From positions 33,899 through 97,898 of the forward strand of contig JANNFI010000046.1 of assembly GCA_031379665.1 (NCBI GenBank): a DNA stretch of 64,000 nucleotides. The letters are read 5' to 3'. Of the stretch, positions 1 through 10,329 are shown piece after piece (positions within the stretch are counted from its first letter, which is position 1; every line of letters begins with the position of its first letter). The translations under genes and the position numbers were made by a program. The notes below the pieces were generated by a model. It saw only the letters and a list, made by a program, of their open reading frames with translations. It ran no database searches and was not told the origin of the DNA. This stretch comes from Ignavibacteria bacterium. GTDB taxonomy: Bacteria; Bacteroidota; Ignavibacteria; UBA10030; SZUA-254.

Positions 1-273
1 ATCGCCAGAGATGAACCGCGCGGGATCGTCGGCGGGAATCGTCCGATCGTCGACCGTGATGAGGAGCCACCCCGACGCCACGACCGTCAGCGGTACCAGC
101 ACCGCGGCGAGGGTGTGCCGGGAACGGAAGAAGATCAGCGTGGTGAGCACCGCCAGGAAGAGGAGTGCGGCCGTCACGAACGGAATGGCCGGCGGGAGGG
201 GCGCCAACCAACCGGCAAGGATCCCCGCCGCGAGAAGGAGGGAGAATTTCAACGCCGGTCGATTGGCCATCAC
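1..273 (-). CDS. Partial (N-terminal part only) polytopic membrane protein. The reverse-strand ATG at 271-273 gives MANRPALKFSLLLAAGILAGWLAPLPP...; possibly ComEC-like N-terminus. The gene continues beyond the window start.
   Basis: Manual translation of the reverse strand; hydrophobic helices; it starts 10 nt after the stop of the upstream minus-strand gene. Absent from the ORF track because it is truncated by the window edge. Confidence 0.3.
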   Translation of the reverse strand, partial: MMANRPALKFSLLLAAGILAGWLAPLPPAIPFVTAALLFLAVLTTLIFFRSRHTLAAVLVPLTVVASGWLLITVDDRTIPADDPARFISGD

Positions 274-282
274 TCCCTCAAT

Positions 283-1254
283 TTAAACAGCATAATATTC
301 AAGTATCGCCGGGACGATGTCGGTGAGGTCGCTCACCCGGTGGACCAGCCGATCGTGCCCCCTCCCGGCGGCGACGAATGGAACAGGATTGAGCGTGTGC
401 TGTTTCGTGGAGAGGTCTTCGAAATTGCCGTGGTCGCTCGTCAGGATGAAGGTGTCGCGTGATGGATCCATCCCGTCGACGAACCCGCCGATGAACCGGT
501 CGAGCGTCGAGAGGATCTCGACAGCGTCCTTGCGGGCGCGCCCGTGCCCCGCATGGTCGGTGAGGTAGTACTCGAAGAAAACGAAATCGTGACCGGCGAG
601 AACGCCGAGAGCCACATCCGCCGCCGCCTCGGGACTGATGACGGGGACGTCGGGGTAGCCGAGATTCCCCCAACCCTCCGACGTGAAGTCCGCGGAGAGG
701 GCCTGGCCAGCGTGCAGTTCCGCCGGACCGTTGAGCGTCCTTCCTCCCGCCCTCCACGCAAGCGAAATCGCACCCGTCCGCCCGGGGTGTTTCTCCGCGT
801 GTCCGATGTATTGCCGGGGAAACGCGTTGATGTACATCGGCCGAAGACCTCGTTCGGTGAGGAGCGTGAAAATATTTTTCCGGGAGAGGAGCGTCCGCAG
901 GGCGGAGTGCGGGTAGGGACCGAAATGGCGGCCGAGCATCCGCGCCGCATTCTCGCCGGTGAGGATCGCGGTCTGCCCGGTGCCGCTTTGCGGAAGACCC
1001 CCGATGCCGAGCGTCGCGTCGACAGCGCGGACGGAGGAACGTCCATTGTCGCGACCAGCGCTCCCGAGAGAGGACGTCCCGTTCCCTAATGACGGGATCG
1101 GGCCACCCAGGAGCGCCTCAAAACCGGGTAGGGGGAGTGAAAAAAATGGATTCACAGCGGCGTCCCGCCGGCCGATCCCGACCCCGTCGAGGAAGAGGAA
1201 AAAGATCCTCCCGTGACGGCCGGGGGGGCGCGTGATGGTTCCCGGTGTATTCAT
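283..1254 (-). CDS. Metalloenzyme (alkaline-phosphatase superfamily) protein, cofactor-independent phosphoglycerate mutase / phosphopentomutase-like.
   Basis: N-terminal RIFFLFLDGVGIG and C-terminal FILTSDHGN motifs, typical of the iPGM/phosphopentomutase metalloenzyme domain; 323 aa. Confidence 0.55.
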   Translation of the reverse strand: MNTPGTITRPPGRHGRIFFLFLDGVGIGRRDAAVNPFFSLPLPGFEALLGGPIPSLGNGTSSLGSAGRDNGRSSVRAVDATLGIGGLPQSGTGQTAILTGENAARMLGRHFGPYPHSALRTLLSRKNIFTLLTERGLRPMYINAFPRQYIGHAEKHPGRTGAISLAWRAGGRTLNGPAELHAGQALSADFTSEGWGNLGYPDVPVISPEAAADVALGVLAGHDFVFFEYYLTDHAGHGRARKDAVEILSTLDRFIGGFVDGMDPSRDTFILTSDHGNFEDLSTKQHTLNPVPFVAAGRGHDRLVHRVSDLTDIVPAILEYYAV

Positions 1255-1270
1255 TCCATCGGCCGGAGAC

Positions 1271-1722
<452 letters not shown>

Positions 1723-1726
<4 letters not shown>

Positions 1727-2619
1727 CTCCTCGCCGACACCACCCGTTCGATGCCCGAGAGGTCGCGCACCACCCCCGTTGCGCGGAGGGAACACCCTTG
1801 AAAAATCCGTTCGACCGCCCTCGCCTGGTTGTAGGCGGTCTCGACCATCAGGATGCCCCCTTCAACCAGAAGGACGCCCGCCAGCTCCCCGAGTCGCCTG
1901 AAGAATGAGAGCCCGTCGCCTCCGTCGGTGGTTGCGAGCTCCGGTTCGAAGAGTCGCACCTCGGGGTCGAGACCCGGCATATCGGCTGACGGTATGTAGG
2001 GAGGGTTGGATACGATCGCGTCGAAGGAATCCGTGTGGAACGGCAGCTCGTCCCTGAGAATATCGGCCCGCACCAACGAGATCCTCCCCTCCAGACCGTG
2101 TTCCCGGGCGTTGGTCCGTGCGACATCGAGGGCATCAGCGCTGACGTCGACGCCGACCACGGCCGCCTGCGGGTGGTATCGTGCGATCGCCACGGCGATA
2201 TTGCCGGAGCCAACGCCGACATCCAGGACCCGCACCGGAGATGTGCCCCGACTGCGGCAGTATCCGAGCATCTCCTCCGCGAGGACCTCGGTCTCCTGAC
2301 GCGGTATCAGCACCCGCCGGTCCACGGTCAGGTCGAGGCCCATGAAATTGGCACGGCCGGTGATGAACTGGAGCGGCTCGTGGGTGAGCCGTCGCCTGAT
2401 GAGCCCGACGAAGAGGTCGACCTCGGTCCCGGTCATCATTTTTTCGAATTCGACGTAGAGGCCGATTCGACCGCAACCGAGGAGATGGCACATCAGCAGT
2501 TCCGCGGTGAGCCTGGCTTCGTCGATCCTCCCCTTCCTCAGGACGTCTTCCGCCCAGCGAACCGCCGGGAGAATCGTGGCGGGAGGCGCAAAGGGTCCGA
2601 CAGGTTCATTCGATTCCAT
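1723..2619 (-). CDS. prmC: Release-factor glutamine N5-methyltransferase (HemK/PrmC).
   Basis: NPPYI catalytic motif, [15 protein letters not shown]-binding motif; its stop overlaps the dtd start (ATGA). Confidence 0.85.
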
Positions 2620-2638
2620 CGCGCGGCCTCCGTCGCCC

Positions 2639-4393
2639 TCAGACCGTCCTGCGGAGCAGGACGAGTGTGATGTCGTCCGTCTGAACGCCGGTGACGCTCC
2701 AGCCGGTCACGGCATCCACGATCGACCGTCTGAGTGCGTCCAGCGGCACTGTCCGCGAGTCGCGTACGATCGCGTCGAGCCTGTCCTCGCCGAACTCCTC
2801 CCCCGCGGGGTTCATCGCCTCGGTGACGCCATCGGTGTAGAGGCAGATGGTGTCGCCGTGTTCCAGCGTTACCGTCCCCTGCTCATAGGGGCGCATCGTG
2901 GGCATCACCCCCAGAATCAGGCCTCCGTCGTCGAGCCGTTCGAGGCTCCCGTTGTTGCGGCAGAGGATCGGCGGGTTGTGTCCGGCGTTCACGTAGGTGA
3001 AGCTCCCCGTCCCGGGCTCGAGGATCCCCCAGAAGAAGGTGATGAACCTCCCCTGGGTGGTATTCTGCGTCATCAGGTCGTTGACCCTGCCGGTGAGCTC
3101 GGAGAGGGTCAACCCGAGCGGCACGAGCGCCCTGATCGATGCCTGCAGGCTGGCCATCAGCAGTGATGCCGGCGTGCCTTTGCCCGAGACATCCCCGATG
3201 GCGATGACCCACCTGGTCACACCCAGCGGAATAACGTCGTAGTAATCCCCACCCACCTGCCGGGAGGAGATGTTGACGGCCGAGATCGCGTAGCCGGGGA
3301 GGTCCGGCAGGTCGGCCGGGAGCAACCCTTTCTGGATCTCCTTGGCGATCAGCAGCTCATCCTCCATTTTCTGTTTCTCGAGCGCCTCCCGGAAGAGCCG
3401 GGTGTTCTCGAGAGCGATGACGGCGAGATTGCCGAGGGAGGAGAGGAAATCGAGGTCCGCCTGGGCGTACGGTATGTCGTTCATCCTCCCCCCGACCCCA
3501 AACACACCCTTCAGTTCGTTCTGGGCCCTGAGGGGGATCACCGCCTGGATGCCGAGACCCTCGAGGTGTCGCCGCGTCGCGCGATCGGATGATCGCTCCA
3601 GGGTTTCCACCGTCCGGGACTCCTTCATCCCCATGAGGTAGGGGACGAGGTCCTCAGGTACATCCGCGTCGATCCGTTTGAGCACGTGCACGAACCGTCC
3701 CTCGCGCACGAGGGAGAGAAAGCACTTATGGGCGCCGATCTGGCCCATCACCGAGAACATCAACAACTTCACCATCCGCTCCGGGTCGAGGACCGCGTTC
3801 AGCTCCTTGCTCAACTCAAACAGGGTGTTGAGTTCCTGGATTTTCCGGCTGAGCTTCCTGTTCGCGGCGTCCACATCGGACCAGGCGGTGGCCCTCACGA
3901 TCGAAGTGGCGGCGATGTTCGCAAGGGACATCAGGTACTCTTCCTGTTGCGCGGTGAGCTCCCGCCCAAGCGCGCTCGACGAGAACCCCAGCAGGCCCAC
4001 GATGCGGACCCCCTCCGTCATCGGGATGAGGGTCTGGATCCCGTGTGAGCGAAACGCCCTGACCCAGGGGTATTTCCTCGCGTCGGTGTCCCCGCACCGG
4101 ATGATTCGCCTGGGGATGCGCTTCATTTTCATCGCCGTGCCGACGAGGTCGGGCTTGAGCCCGCGGACGTTCTGGATCCTGAATCCCTCCTCCTCGCTAC
4201 CGAGCAGTACGATGCCGCGCAAGGCCAGGAGTTTGCCCATCACCGTCAGGAGCAGGTGCCCCAGGATGAACGTGAGGTCGGTGGACGAGTTGATGATGGA
4301 GCTGAATTCGAAGAGCGAGCGGAAGTCGAACCGTCGCTCCATCTCCTGGGAAGACGACGACGGAGGCGGGATTGTCGCGGAGGTTCGTTTCAT
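2639..4393 (-). CDS. Soluble GAF-GAF-PP2C (SpoIIE/RsbU-type) serine phosphatase.
   Basis: Two GAF-like regions followed by a PP2C signature (GDVSGKG, GGDYYD, YTDGVTEA). Confidence 0.8.
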   Translation of the reverse strand: MKRTSATIPPPSSSSQEMERRFDFRSLFEFSSIINSSTDLTFILGHLLLTVMGKLLALRGIVLLGSEEEGFRIQNVRGLKPDLVGTAMKMKRIPRRIIRCGDTDARKYPWVRAFRSHGIQTLIPMTEGVRIVGLLGFSSSALGRELTAQQEEYLMSLANIAATSIVRATAWSDVDAANRKLSRKIQELNTLFELSKELNAVLDPERMVKLLMFSVMGQIGAHKCFLSLVREGRFVHVLKRIDADVPEDLVPYLMGMKESRTVETLERSSDRATRRHLEGLGIQAVIPLRAQNELKGVFGVGGRMNDIPYAQADLDFLSSLGNLAVIALENTRLFREALEKQKMEDELLIAKEIQKGLLPADLPDLPGYAISAVNISSRQVGGDYYDVIPLGVTRWVIAIGDVSGKGTPASLLMASLQASIRALVPLGLTLSELTGRVNDLMTQNTTQGRFITFFWGILEPGTGSFTYVNAGHNPPILCRNNGSLERLDDGGLILGVMPTMRPYEQGTVTLEHGDTICLYTDGVTEAMNPAGEEFGEDRLDAIVRDSRTVPLDALRRSIVDAVTGWSVTGVQTDDITLVLLRRTV

Positions 4394-4411
4394 CGTCCGG
4401 GGGGGGCTGTC

Positions 4412-4852
4412 TCAGCCCTTGGGGAGCAGTTTCACGAGGTGCACCTCGTATGTCGCGCCGTCCCCCTGGCGGTAGTACACCCTGTCCATCAGTGAACGAA
4501 TGAGGTGCAGGCCGAGGCCTCCCTTCCGATAGTGCGCGAGGTACTCCTTCATGTCGGGCGCCTTGATGTTGTCCGGATCGAACGATTTTCCGTCGTGCGT
4601 GATTACGATCTCGATTTCCTTCTCTCCCGGTATGACCCTGATGTCGATCTCCCGGTCGGGGGAATTGGCATAGGCGTGCTTGATCACGTTCGTGCAGGCC
4701 TCGTCGCAGCAGAGGGCGATCTTGTGCACCGCGTCGTCGCGGAACCCGAGATCGCGGGCGCAAGCGGAGACGAAGTCCCTCACCTCCCGGAGCCGGTCGG
4801 TGCGGCTCTTGATCTTCAGGTGGGTGCTGGCCGGTTTTTGTCTGGCGTTCAT
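4412..4852 (-). CDS. RsbW/SpoIIAB-like anti-sigma factor serine kinase (HATPase_c_2).
   Basis: ALCCDEACTNVIKHAY and GGLGLHLIRSLMD motifs. Start taken at the internal Met (MNARQ...); the track ORF extends further 5'. Confidence 0.7.
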   Translation of the reverse strand: MNARQKPASTHLKIKSRTDRLREVRDFVSACARDLGFRDDAVHKIALCCDEACTNVIKHAYANSPDREIDIRVIPGEKEIEIVITHDGKSFDPDNIKAPDMKEYLAHYRKGGLGLHLIRSLMDRVYYRQGDGATYEVHLVKLLPKG

Positions 4853-4880
4853 GCGTTCGCCTGGATGATCGATGATCGTC

Positions 4881-5237
4881 CTACTTCGCGCCGGCCTGGA
4901 ACTTGCGAATCGCCTCGGCTTCGTCGTTCGTGATTTCATACAAAAGCGGGAATCCGAGGAGGTCGAAGACGTTGAAGACCTTCGGGGACATGTTCGACAG
5001 CTTGATATCCCCCTTGTTCCTCCTGACGTCTTCGATGTACGCCATAAAAACCCCGAGGCCGGCGCTGCTGATGTAGGTCAGATCGGCGCAGTTCACCACG
5101 ATCCGGTACCTGTTCCTGTCGATCAGCGACTGGAACGATTTTTCCAGTTCGGGCGCGGTGTGGGCGTCGAGGTACCCCTTCAGGTCGAGGACGTTCACGT
5201 CGTTCGTTTCCCGCAGTTCAATTTTAAATGAGCTCAT
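4881..5237 (-). CDS. STAS-domain anti-sigma factor antagonist (RsbV/SpoIIAA-like).
   Basis: LDLKGYLD...LTYISSAGLGVF STAS core with a conserved phosphorylatable Ser context; start at MSSFKIEL. Confidence 0.8.
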   Translation of the reverse strand: MSSFKIELRETNDVNVLDLKGYLDAHTAPELEKSFQSLIDRNRYRIVVNCADLTYISSAGLGVFMAYIEDVRRNKGDIKLSNMSPKVFNVFDLLGFPLLYEITNDEAEAIRKFQAGAK

Positions 5238-5267
5238 ACCGGGTCCTTTGGTTGATGGTGCCATGTA

Positions 5268-7407
5268 TCAGGTTGCGTTGCCGTCTATTTTTTTCCATTT
5301 CAGGACGACGATCGTGAGGTCGTCCTCGGGGGGCCTGTGGTGCATGTGGATGTCGACGGCGCGCACGATGTCATCGCGCATGTCGAGGGCGCTCTTTCGT
5401 CCCGATCGGGCGATGACCTCCTCGAGTCGCTCATATCCGAACTCCTCACCGCCCTCGGGCCGGGCCTCGGTGATGCCGTCGGTGTAGTACACGGCGATGT
5501 CGCCGTCGCAGAGCCGGATTTCGTCCTCGGTGATCGTGCGGGCAAAGAATTCCTTCGAACCCATCCCCACGCCGAGGCCCGTCGGCTTGATGAGCCGCGT
5601 CCCGTCCTTGGAGAGGAGGATCATCGGGCAGTGGCCGGCGCGGGCCACGCGCATCGTTCCCGTCCTGATGTTGATGATCGAGTAGATCAGGCTGATGAAG
5701 GTCCGTTTGTCCATCGTCCCGAGAAGCGCGGCATGGGCCTGGGAGAGGAACTCCCTCGGGGACCGGTGGAGCTTGCTGAGCGCCTGGAAGATCCCCTTCA
5801 TCTCTGCCATGAACAACGCGGCCGAAACGCCCTTCCCTGAGACGTCGCCGACGATCACCCCCAGGTGGTCGTCGTCGAGCATCGTGAAATCGTAGTAATC
5901 GCCCCCTACTTCGAAAGCCGGGGTGGACAGCGCCTCGATCTCGATCTCCGGGAGGGACGGCAGCTCCTGCGGCAGGAGTTTCCGCTGCATTTCCTGCGCG
6001 AGGAGCATCTCGCGCATCAACCTTTCGCGCTCGAGCGATTTTTCGATGAGCCTCGAATTTTCCAGCGCGATGGTCACCTGGTCGGCGAAGGCCGAGATGA
6101 CGTCGGCGTCCTCGCGGTCGAACCCGAAATCCATGGTTTTCGTCGCGTAGAGCACGCCGATCACGTCGTCGTGCGACACCAGGGGCACGATCACCATCGA
6201 GTGGATCTTCTTGCCGATGTTCCTGATGTGCCTGGTCCGCCCATCCTCCCTCACCTGGTCGATCACCACCGGCTTCCGGCCGTCGATCACGAGGCGCCTC
6301 AGTGAGCCGTCGTTCATCCCGGTGATCTCCTCGATCTCCCCGATCGAGATGTTCTGCAACGCCACAGTCCGGAACGCCGGCGGCGCGGGGGCCGCCCGGT
6401 CGTGTCCGCGGGCCTGGGCCGCGTCCCGGGGGATCACCTCGAGCCACGCGCTCTCCGCCTCGCAAACCTCGAGGGTCATCTTCGTCACCAGGTCGACCAG
6501 CTCGTTGAAGTCGAAGACCCTCGTCACCAGTTTGCCGAGGTTGTGGAGCGAGAGGACCTCGATGCTCTTCCGGTCGTATGCCTCGGCTGTCGGCAGGTGG
6601 AACAGCGTGCTGACGAAGGTCATACCGAAATAGATCGCCGCGAACAGGTCCATGGCCGCCACCGCGGTGGAGAGCTGGCGGGAGTAGTAGGTGAGCGACT
6701 GCGCGATCACCGAACTGTCATCAACGGATGCCACGTAGATCGGAACGTAGAGCGCGAAGAGGATGAAGCTGAACGCCATCGTGAGCAGCTTCTCCCGCTT
6801 CGACAGGTAGACGATCCAGGAGAGCCGGAAGGAATTCAGGAGGATCGCCCCGACGGTGAGGCCGAAGCTAACGGCGATGAGCAGATCCGATTCGAACGGC
6901 CGGTAGGGAACTGTGATGGCGATGGTCGTCAGCAGGAGGACGAGGAAGAACCTGAAGTTCCGCTTGGTCTCCTTCTTCCGCTTGGACATGATGATGTCGC
7001 GCAGCGTGAGGAGGATGAAGAGCGACGTCGTCCCGAAGACCACGGCGTAGATGTTCGCGAACACCACCGATTCGAACCCCTCGGGGAGGGCGACTTCGTT
7101 CTTGATTACAAAGCCCGTCGAGGACACGCCGTACAGCGCCAACCCCGCCAGCCCCACCACGAGCGTCAGCACCAGCGCGAACCCGAGCTTCCGCACGACG
7201 TTCTGGTCGCGGCGCCAGACGGTCTCGATGTAAAAATAGAGTGAGAGGAAGGCCCCGACGACGAGCAGCGCCTGCAGGATCGTGAGGGCGCCAAGCTCGA
7301 CGTCCAGCTTCGAGGCCACGACGTCGACCACGAACTTCGCGATGAACAGGAACCCGCTCACCGAGAGGAGGAGTGCCTTCTTCAGCCTGATTCTACGATC
7401 GGTCATG
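5268..7407 (-). CDS. Membrane-anchored (multi-TM N-terminal sensor) GAF-PP2C serine phosphatase, RsbU-like.
   Basis: About 300 aa of hydrophobic helices, then a GAF-like region, then PP2C motifs (GGDYYD, GDVSGKG, YYTDGITEA). Start at Met 7405-7407; the track ORF is N-terminally over-extended. Confidence 0.75.
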
Positions 7408-7417
7408 GCGGCCCGCG

Positions 7418-8764
7418 TCAGAGTTTGACCCTGATCCAGCTGGTAGACCTGAATTTCAGGAAGTTCATCGTCGAGTAGGCGACAATGTACACCGGGAGGG
7501 CGAGCCACGAGCCCGTTACCCCCCATCCCAGCACGATACCGAAGACGTACGTCAGGGGAAGGAAGATGATCCAGTGGGTCAGGATTTCCACCCACATCAC
7601 ATAGACTGTCGCGCCGCCGGCTTGCAGGGCGTTCGCAAAAATGATGCCCGACGAGTAGAACACCTGGGCGATCCCGGCGATCCGGAGGATCGGTCTGGCG
7701 ACGTCGATGACTTCAGCGTTTGTCGTGATGATGATCAGGATGAGGTCCGGCACGAGGCAGAAGATCAGGCCAACCGCGAGGGTGAAGATTGTCCCCAGCT
7801 TCGCCGTCTCGAAGCCGTACGCGTGGGCGCCCTCCACGTCGCCCTTTCCGAGCGACTGACCGACCAGCGTCTGCGCGGCGATGCCGAAACCGAACGACGG
7901 CATCAGGGATATGAAAATCGCCGATGTCACGACGTTGGTGGCCGCCTGTTCCACCGTGCCGATCCAGCCGGTGATTGCCACGAACGAGAGGAACCCAAGA
8001 AGGATCAGGATGTTCTGGAGCGACACAGGAATGGATATTTTGACTATCTGGGCGATCGTCTCCCTCGAGATGCGGAAATGAGAGTAATACTGATATTTCT
8101 TTCGATAATCCCCGAGAAATGTTACACCGACGAAAAAAAGCCATCCCAGGGCCATACTGAGCGAATATCCGAGCCCGGCGCCCGCGAGCTCCATCCGGGG
8201 AAAGCCGAAGGCCCCGAAGATGAGCACATAATTAAACAGGATGTTGAAGACGTTGACGATGATGGCCGAGAACATGAAAATCTTCGTATGGCCGATCCCG
8301 AAGAAGAAGCCACGGTATGACACGATCAGGAGGAAAAACGGGAGTCCGATGAACTGGTACTTCATATACTCCGACCCTGCGACCGCGACGGCCTGGTCGG
8401 CAGAGAAAAAATTGAGGATGTCGTAGGAAAACATGAAACCGAGGATGCCGGACACGATGCCCAGGAAGAGGCAAACGACGAGCGAATTGTTGAGGACTTC
8501 TCCGACCCCCCTGTGGTCTCCCTCTCCGTGCCGCCGGGCGACGTACACGTGGGTGCCGGTGCTCAGGCTCGAAAAGAGGCTTGCGATCGCCCAGGAACCG
8601 AGGAACCCCAGGCCCATCGCCGCGAGCTGGACTTCGGTATTCTCGAGCCGCCCGACCATGGCTGTATTCACCACGGAGACGACCATCTGTGACGAGAGGC
8701 CGGCGATCGCGGGAGTCGCGATCTGGAGAATGTCCCGGACCAGATTTTTCCGCAGTGTCAGCAT
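7418..8764 (-). CDS. MATE family efflux transporter.
   Basis: 12-TM profile, 448 aa, typical MATE N-terminal LxxIAxPxI and repeated halves. Confidence 0.85.
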   Translation of the reverse strand: MLTLRKNLVRDILQIATPAIAGLSSQMVVSVVNTAMVGRLENTEVQLAAMGLGFLGSWAIASLFSSLSTGTHVYVARRHGEGDHRGVGEVLNNSLVVCLFLGIVSGILGFMFSYDILNFFSADQAVAVAGSEYMKYQFIGLPFFLLIVSYRGFFFGIGHTKIFMFSAIIVNVFNILFNYVLIFGAFGFPRMELAGAGLGYSLSMALGWLFFVGVTFLGDYRKKYQYYSHFRISRETIAQIVKISIPVSLQNILILLGFLSFVAITGWIGTVEQAATNVVTSAIFISLMPSFGFGIAAQTLVGQSLGKGDVEGAHAYGFETAKLGTIFTLAVGLIFCLVPDLILIIITTNAEVIDVARPILRIAGIAQVFYSSGIIFANALQAGGATVYVMWVEILTHWIIFLPLTYVFGIVLGWGVTGSWLALPVYIVAYSTMNFLKFRSTSWIRVKL

Positions 8765-8819
8765 TGTTCGGTCCGGGTCGCCCGCGGGTCAGGCTTCCGG
8801 GTCGCTGCGACGGCCGGGT

Positions 8820-9524
8820 CTAGAGCGAATACCGTGTGATCAGCCTGTCGGCCTCCCGCGCGTATGTCGATTTCGGGTACTCTTCCTTAAGCTTTTTCAT
8901 CAGTTTCACGGCCTCCTCCCGCTCTCCGGCCGCGCCGTAACACCTCGCCGCGGAGTTGAGGTGTTCCGGGGCCGACACACCGTCAGGATAGATCCTGGCC
9001 GCGTCTTCGTAGAGGTCCGCCGCTTCGGAGTATTGCTTCATCGCCTCGTGACAGGCCGCCTCTCCGGCCCTGGCGCCGGCGTCGAGGAGTTTATCCCCGG
9101 CGGAATAGCTGTCGTACTGATCGAGAGCGTTCGCATAGTCACCGAGGCGATAGTAGGCGCCCCCCAGGTAATACCGTGCAAGGTCGCCGGCGTCGGTACC
9201 GCCATAATTGTCCACGATCGACTTCAGCCCCATCAGCCCCTGCTCGGGCCTCCCGTCGATCGCGACCCTCACGGTCCCCTGATCGGCCGGGGCGCCGTCC
9301 ATCACGGTAATGACGCGTGAGAGTTGAGCGCCGGCCATCTCGTTGTTGGAGCGCCGGTTGTTGATGAAGATGACCGTCGCCGCGATGACGATGACCATCG
9401 CCGTCAGGGCGTAGTTGACATATTTCTTGTTATCGTAGTAAAATCCGGTGGTCTTGACGTACGTCGTCAGGAGTGTGTCCTGCTTGATCTCTTTCTTGGC
9501 GAGCTTCTTTTTCGGTGTCAACAC
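8820..9524 (-). CDS. Membrane-anchored tetratricopeptide-repeat protein (YfgM-like).
   Basis: Single N-terminal TM (ALTAMVIVIAATVIFI) followed by TPR-like helical repeats (YYLGGAYYRLGDYANAL...). Confidence 0.55.
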   Translation of the reverse strand: MLTPKKKLAKKEIKQDTLLTTYVKTTGFYYDNKKYVNYALTAMVIVIAATVIFINNRRSNNEMAGAQLSRVITVMDGAPADQGTVRVAIDGRPEQGLMGLKSIVDNYGGTDAGDLARYYLGGAYYRLGDYANALDQYDSYSAGDKLLDAGARAGEAACHEAMKQYSEAADLYEDAARIYPDGVSAPEHLNSAARCYGAAGEREEAVKLMKKLKEEYPKSTYAREADRLITRYSL

Positions 9525-9551
9525 GGCGATTTTTCCTTTAATTGGTTGAAG

Positions 9552-9625
9552 TGCGCCCGGCGCGATTCGAACGCGCGACCTACAGCTCCGGAGGCTGTCG
9601 CTCTATCCATCTGAGCTACGGGCGC
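9552..9625 (-). tRNA. tRNA-Arg (anticodon CCG).
   Basis: Manual cloverleaf fold of the reverse complement: acceptor GCGCCCG/CGGGCGC, anticodon stem ACAGC/GCTGT, loop CTCCGGA, T-loop TTCGAAT; no encoded CCA. Confidence 0.85.
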
Positions 9626-9674
9626 AGTTTTTTATGGAAATAGACATGTAATTTACACTTTTTCATCCCTATTA

Positions 9675-10325
9675 TCAAGGTCTGCCGGAGATCGCCCTGG
9701 TCAATTCGAGCGCAGAAACGGCCCCCTCCCTCACGATGGTGAGTGTACCGTCCGAGACATCCGCGATCGTCGAAGGCGCGGATCTCCGTACTCCTCCATC
9801 CACGGCCAGGTCCACTTCCCCCCCGAACTCCCGCAGGAGCGAAGGATAATCGCCTTCCGGCTGAACGCCGGACCGGTTGGCTGAAGTCGACACCAGCGGC
9901 GAGGCGCAACGGGTCGAAAGCCGCCGACAGAATTCGTCCGCCGGTAACCGGACACCCAGCTTCCCTGTTCCGGCCGTCAGGAGACCCTCGACTCCCGGCG
10001 CTGCCCTCAGGATGAGAGTCAGGGGGCCGGGCCAGAAGATATCCATCAGGTGACGAGCGAGGGGCGAGACCCCGTCGGACATTCCGATCGCCATCTCCAC
10101 AGAATCCACCAGGACGAGACTGGGTTTCGATTCCGGTTTCCCCTTGATGGCATAGATCCTTCTCACGGCGGCCACGTCTCCGGCAAGGCAACCGAATCCG
10201 TAGAGCGTGTCCGTCGGATAGAGGAGCACCCCGCCTTCGCCGAGAACGACTGCTGCCCGGTGTACCGCGGAATTCAAGTCTCCAGGGGCGCCGATCCGGA
10301 TCTGCTCGCAAACCCGCTTTTCCAT
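9675..10325 (-). CDS. tsaC: L-threonylcarbamoyladenylate synthase (YrdC/TsaC family).
   Basis: LLYPTDTLYGFG motif and SANRSG motif characteristic of YrdC/Sua5. Confidence 0.8.
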   Translation of the reverse strand: MEKRVCEQIRIGAPGDLNSAVHRAAVVLGEGGVLLYPTDTLYGFGCLAGDVAAVRRIYAIKGKPESKPSLVLVDSVEMAIGMSDGVSPLARHLMDIFWPGPLTLILRAAPGVEGLLTAGTGKLGVRLPADEFCRRLSTRCASPLVSTSANRSGVQPEGDYPSLLREFGGEVDLAVDGGVRRSAPSTIADVSDGTLTIVREGAVSALELTRAISGRP

Positions 10326-10329
10326 CCCT

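Noticed and set aside
299-757. 152-aa Arg/Gly-rich ORF overlapping the metalloenzyme gene in another frame; similar overlapping ORFs at 441-1046 and 544-1089.
   Set aside because: Arg/Pro/Gly-rich composition is typical of out-of-frame translation of GC-rich coding DNA; it sits wholly inside a well-supported gene.
5446-6465. 339-aa minus-strand ORF inside the membrane GAF-PP2C gene.
   Set aside because: Alternative frame of a gene that has clear PP2C and GAF motifs; extreme Arg/Gly/Pro content.
2639-7407. Looked for a sigma factor completing the RsbU/V/W-like module.
   Set aside because: No ORF with sigma-70 region 2/4 motifs is adjacent; neighbours are clearly prmC and a MATE transporter.
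9616-10311. 231-aa ORF overlapping tsaC in a different frame.
   Set aside because: tsaC frame carries the YrdC motifs; this ORF is a frame artefact.
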